A stretch of DNA of 64,000 nucleotides, taken from positions 137,020,001 to 137,084,000 of the forward strand of contig NC_042997.1 in the NCBI RefSeq assembly GCF_006345805.1. The letters run 5' to 3'. The translations under genes were made by a program, and so were the position numbers. The notes beneath the pieces are model-generated. The model saw only the letters and a program-made list of their open reading frames with translations. It was not told where the DNA came from and searched no databases. Shown here in pieces: positions 58,563-64,000 of this stretch; position 1 is the first letter of the stretch; each line of letters starts with the position of its first letter. The DNA is from Octopus sinensis. Lineage: Eukaryota.

Positions 58563-61500
58563 CCACCCAGTTAAAAAGGTAAGTTTATAAAGATTCATTT
58601 TGTGGCAAAACTATTTCACCTCCACCCCCACCGTCTTTTTTGCATCTATGACTGAAATAGACATATTGTTGGACCATGTCATTTTAAAATAGGCTTTTTT
58701 ATCTTTTATATATGAAATTACAAATTAAAAGCAGTTTTAATAATGTAAAAATTAAGTCGCACATACGAAGTGTGTTCTGTTTAACCGCCCATTTGTTGCG
58801 AGACAGCATCCAGGGAAAGCTCCAAACAGTGCTGTGTGTTGGTGTTTGTTAACATTCAGTATTATGTAGGGAACTTTCCCTACACACTATCCCGCAGCAA
58901 ATGGGCGTTTCAACAAAACACATGTACCAAGAACAAAGATGGTGCCCATCATCTCTGCAGACCATTCATGACTGTTGAGAATGATGTGCTTTCTTTGGTT
59001 TGAACATCTAAGGAGAAAATGTGGACAGGAGACATGCAGCTAACTAGTTCAGGAGAGCAAAAGCATTATAGTAGCAGTTGTAGTGCTGTGAATTAGTAAA
59101 TTGAGTCATCCAGTAACTATCTAGAGCTGAAATATTTCCTGACCCCTAAGGAAGAGTTTTATTGTGAATACAGTTTTTGTATGGTTAAACTTATGAGATC
59201 AGAAAGCGTAGTATTTGTAGTAACTTTGGTTTTTTTTTGCTATTTATGACAAGATAATGTGAAGTTTGGTGTCTGGCAGTACTATTAGTGCTGGAGAAAA
59301 AACTATTTTTATGTCCTCATTGAATTGTTTCGAAGTCTTTCTCTTTTTGAAGGTCATGCAGATCTGGCATGAATGATGCATGTGCACATGATTCAGATCT
59401 GAAGGTGGTATCAACTGCATAGGAGTGTGTTAGAGATGATAGCAAGTATGAATCAGAAATCCTCCTAGACATGTTATAATAATGCAGGTTCATGGGGAAC
59501 TAGTAACAAAAAGATGTATTTCCATTAGTAGGTGACTTTCGCTTGGAGGTTTTCATGCTGGGCATAATCAAAGGCTTCACTAATGCCGCATTATTTTCCT
59601 TTCTCGTATCACTCACTCAGTTTATTTTTTTTAGTGTCAACCAAATTTTCTATTTCTTTCATCTTAAGTCTCTCAATCAGTTGTTAATTTTGGTATATTA
59701 TTTATGTATTGATTGATACATAGCCAAAGACTTGTATATTGCATTATCTAAATTTCAGCTCAGATTAAATTTAACGAAAAGAGGATATTTCTAGACTGCT
59801 GTTGGCAGTCACAACAACAACTTTTTATAGCCTAGTAAATAAAAGAACCAGGTTGACTATATAAAAATATTTTTAATATACATACAGCTGTAGCTATGTA
59901 TCCATCAACAAACTCAAGTCTTTAAATGTGGGGGACCATATTTCAAATCCTAATTCTTTCTTGTCATACCATCTTTATAGGAAGGTCCAGTCTAAAAGCA
60001 TCATACATTTCTGAAAATCAGTTACCTGTGTGGCAGAGTTCTGCTCAAGCAGATGATTAGGATTATTGAATTTTGATTCCATTCTCCAGAGAGGACATGG
60101 TTTTGCCTCACTTGCTCATAACAAATATTGTTTACACCATCTGATGGGTTATATTTTCTCAATTTCATTTGAAGTATGCAATCTCTAAATCACAAGAAGA
60201 CCAAGTTTCTTTAATGGATTAAAGATACATTTTAAATTACTCTTTGTTTTCTTCTACTGTGTTGATCCTTATGGCAGTCTTTGTAATATTACTCCTGATT
60301 ATCTTAACATATCTATCAAGTTGTGGTAGTTTCTACTTCAGCTTTGTGACGAGTATACAAATATTGTTGCCCTGTCATCTTGATAGTAAATCACTAAAAT
60401 GCATCTATCAAGCACTTTAGTGATTTGCTATTACTACCCAATTCAAACTATTCCAATGTATTGTTAAAGTAAACTCATTTAAGTATTTTATATATATTTT
60501 TATATGAGCTACCTACATTAAGGGAGGTATCTCAGAGATGGAAAAGTATAGAAAATTAAGAGGTAGTGGTGGTGATAGTTTATTTTTTTGTTTTTGATAG
60601 TTATGGTAGTGGCAGCAGCAACATTACTTGTACTACAATGCATGTATCAAATCATATAGTATTTTCAAATTTTAGCTCTCAAAAAGTTTGCTGTCAACTC
60701 CTTATAATCACTACCTCTGTTAACATCACCACAAAAATCTATTATAATTCATGGTATGTAGGATTATACATCTGTAACGGTTTAGGGGCAGTTTTTTTTT
60801 TCTTGTCACATCTCTCCCAACCTATCTTACCTGCCAGCTGCTGTCGCCTTTACCAACTACTATTCCAAAAATTTCCACCAACAAAAACCTATGGAATTTC
60901 CACAGGTTTTATTTTGTTACTGGAATGTGAAGGCTAACATCATAGCCACCTTCTAACTCTATTTAGTGCAAATCACCAGTTTTGGTTTTAATCATTAGCC
61001 CAACTTAGGTTTTCCAATTACTAAATTTGTCATATCCTTTCTGAAACCTCAATCTCAATGTTTACCTACAGGCAATACCCTGGAATTACATGAATGGGAT
61101 TGAGAGAACCTACCCTTACAAAAGGAAAATAACAAAGTTTTTTGTTTATTTAGCTTAATCTAGAGAAAAAAAACAGCTTTGAGACTGATGTAGTTGATAA
61201 TCTTAAACAGTTGCAGATAAGGAATTCCAGAGGGTCAATATTCTGGGAACAAAAAGACCACAATAAGAATGGTGAAGGAAAATGAAAGAATGGCACAAGT
61301 TCAGTGCGATTTGAAGAGCAGAGGGCTCTAGGCCAGAAATTGGGATGTTTTAGTGAGTGGCTTCCTGGTAATGTCAGGTTGACAGTATCTGGTCTGTATA
61401 TGTGGAACAGCAACACAATTCCAGATGTGGGAACAAAATTTCATAATGGCTTGCACTTAAACAGGCTTAGGTATTTTCTGCCTTGAAGAGCTCTTCCAAA

Positions 61501-61649
61501 TACATATTCAAGAGTGATAAGTGCCTTAGCCATACAAAAATGCACCACAAGTTATGATATTTCTAAAAGGACCACTATGAAAGGTTGCTCAAAGAAAATG
61601 AATGGGAGAAAGAGAGTCTGCCAAATGTCAACCCAACAGAGGGACCAGC

Positions 61650-63255
61650 TATTTGAGTTGACAGTACCTTGGTAGATAAAGCAATTAAAAGTATGAAGAC
61701 AGGGAAAGCCCCTGGCCCATCAGGAATCACTGCAGAGATGCTCAAAATATCATCTGGCAGTGACGGCTATAGCCTAGTCACCCGTATAGTTAACCAGGTG
61801 ATACACGAAGGAGTCATACCTAATGACTGGTGTAGCAGCACTATAGTCAACTCCTACCAAGGTAAAGGTGATACTTGAAATACAAATAATTACAGAGATA
61901 TCAATTTGTTGGATCAGGTAAGGAAGGTCAGCCCAACTAATTAGGGAGAGAGATGCAGTTTGGGTTCGTGCCAGGGAAAAGTACCACTGAATGCTATATT
62001 TCTGGTAAGAAGCTGCAGGTGAAATACCTAGCCAAAGATAAACCTCTGTACCTGGCTTTCATTGACATGGAGAAAGCCTTTGACAGGGTCTCCCAATCCC
62101 TTACCTTGTGGTCAATGAGAAAACTAGGGATAGATGTATGGTTAGTGAGAGCTGTGCAAGCCATGTATAGGGACACTGTAAGGTGAGGGCTGGCAATGAG
62201 TACAGTGAAGAATTCTGGGTAGAAGTCCACCAATGTTCAGTCCTCCAGGCAATAACAGAGGAATTCAAGACAAGATGCCCCTGGGAGAGGTGACCAAATC
62301 AGTAGCAGAGGAGGGTGCACTGAAAGTGTAGCTGCTAGAATAAGAATAGCCTGGGCAAAGTTCAGAGAGCTCTTACCTCTGCTGGTGACAAAGGGCCTCT
62401 TGGTCAGAGTAAAAGGTTGACTGTATGACGCATGTGTACGAACAGCCATGCTACATGGCAGTGAAACATGGGCTGTGACTGCTGAGGACATGCGTAAGTT
62501 CACAAGGAACGAAGCCAGTATGCTCTGATGGATGTGTAATGTCAGTATGCATACCTGTGGAAGAGGTAGACCCAGGAAGACCTGGGATGAGGTAGTGAAG
62601 TATGACCTTCAAACATTAGGCCTCACTGAAGTAATGACTAGTGACCAGGACCTTTGGAAATATGCTGTGCTTGAGAAGAGCTGGCAAGCCAAGTGAGACC
62701 ATAACCTCGTGGCCTATGCCAGGGGTGTAACTAGACCACTTATGCGTACCTTTCCTTAATTGGACACTAAACTCTGCTTGTGAAGACCTGTTGAGGCAAG
62801 TGAAATCGAATGATTGGCATCCGTGCTAGTGGAGCGCTAAGAGCACCATCCAAGCATGATCGTTGCCTGAGCAGTAAACTGGCTTTCATGCTGGTGGCAT
62901 GTAAAAAGCACCATTCGAGCATGATCGTTACCAGCATCACCTTACTGGCATGTGAAAAAACATTCGAGCGAAGTTGTTTCCAGTGCTCCTGGACTGGCTC
63001 CTGTGCAGGTGGCACATAAAAAAAACACCATTTGAGTGTGGCCGTTGCCACTACTGCCTGACTGGCCCTCGTGCCAGTGGCAAGTAAAAGCACCCACAAC
63101 ACTCTCAGAGTGGTTGGTGTTAGGAAGGGCAACCAGCTGTAGAAACTCTGCCAGATCAGATTGGAGTCTGGTGCAGCCATCTGGTTCGCCAGTCCTCAGT
63201 CAAATTGTCCAACCCATGCTAGCATGGAAAGCGGACGTTAAACGATGATGATAAT
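61650..63255 (+). mobile_element. RTE LINE with internal deletions, full 3' UTR and (GAT)n tail
   Basis: MKTGKAPGPSGITAEMLK, QFGFVPGKST, FIDMEKAFDRV, LYDACVRTAMLHGSETW; ends GGACGTTAAACGATGATGAT. Confidence 0.88.
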
Positions 63256-64000
63256 GATACAATTCAATGGATATGAAAAGTAAGAGAGATTATTGTCAAC
63301 TGAGAATTAATATTTATTTTACATAGTAATTAATGAATAATAGCATTACTAGGTACAAGTTTCCAAAGAGGACAATCGCTTTAATGTATTTATTTTATCA
63401 CAAAGGAGTTCTTTAGTCCAGAACAAATATCACAAGAGGCTTTGTTTGATAAGTGACATTTCTCAGATTGCTCATCAAAGACTATATACAATAATGGGCT
63501 TATACAATTTTCATGTACCAAAGTCTTCTCACCACGAACTGGTTTGTCTGAGACTACAGTAGAGGATCCTTTCCTAAAACATGCTGTACAGAGGGATCAA
63601 AGTCAAAACCAAGTAGTTGCAAAGCAAACTTCACAACCACACAATATCTGATGGATGTTAAAATAAAAAAAGAGAGAAAACAGCAAATGTAAAACCAGAT
63701 TTATTAACAATATTGATCAAAACTTTTGACTACATTTGTTGCATATTAAAACTGAGTTTACCACTGATTTTCTTTCCAATAATTTTTAGTCTTCATAAAG
63801 TCATTAGTGGTAAATTCATATCTTCATAAATTAAAACTGCTACAATGAAGCCATTATACAGATATTCCTAAAACAAAAAAAATGATAGTTATTCAACTAA
63901 ATGATAAAATAAGTTTTTAAAATGTCTTTTGTAAAAAAAATAAATATTACTAACAGCATATCGACATGAGGAAACTTGAATCCTAAAATGATACAAGTAA

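Noticed and set aside
59900-61600. Possible LINE or Penelope remnants downstream of the gene
   Set aside because: No motif could be identified with confidence.

Overview
AT-rich, repeat-dense animal genomic DNA. The repeat families, with (GAT)n-tailed RTE LINEs, tRNA-derived SINEs and long (TA)n tracts, look like an octopod cephalopod; this is pattern recognition, not a search result. The window holds one protein-coding gene, an RNF5/RNF185-family membrane-anchored C3HC4 RING E3 ligase on +. It has 5 coding exons (10975-11132, 48457-48588, 52478-52532, 52677-52794, 57239-57336; 561 nt, 186 aa, all phases consistent) and a 37.3-kb first intron. Most of the rest is decayed, often nested mobile DNA: Gypsy, RTE, CR1, R4/Dong, HERO, Tc1, mariner, maT, a hAT-like MITE and SINEs. 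Most notable is a 2.5-kb cluster in intron 1 (37.75-40.26 kb) with six hammerhead-ribozyme-like motifs. Four lie in two tail-to-tail foldback elements, one of which has a U3-A8 core variant, and two form a decayed tandem pair. Also notable are a U6 snRNA-SINE chimera (24688-24951), a CpG-rich element ending in a 144-nt hairpin (21040-21905), and isolated hairpins at 9172-9267 and 58772-58921. Repeat boundaries are approximate unless a TIR or TSD is quoted. No ribozyme activity, expression or database match was tested.
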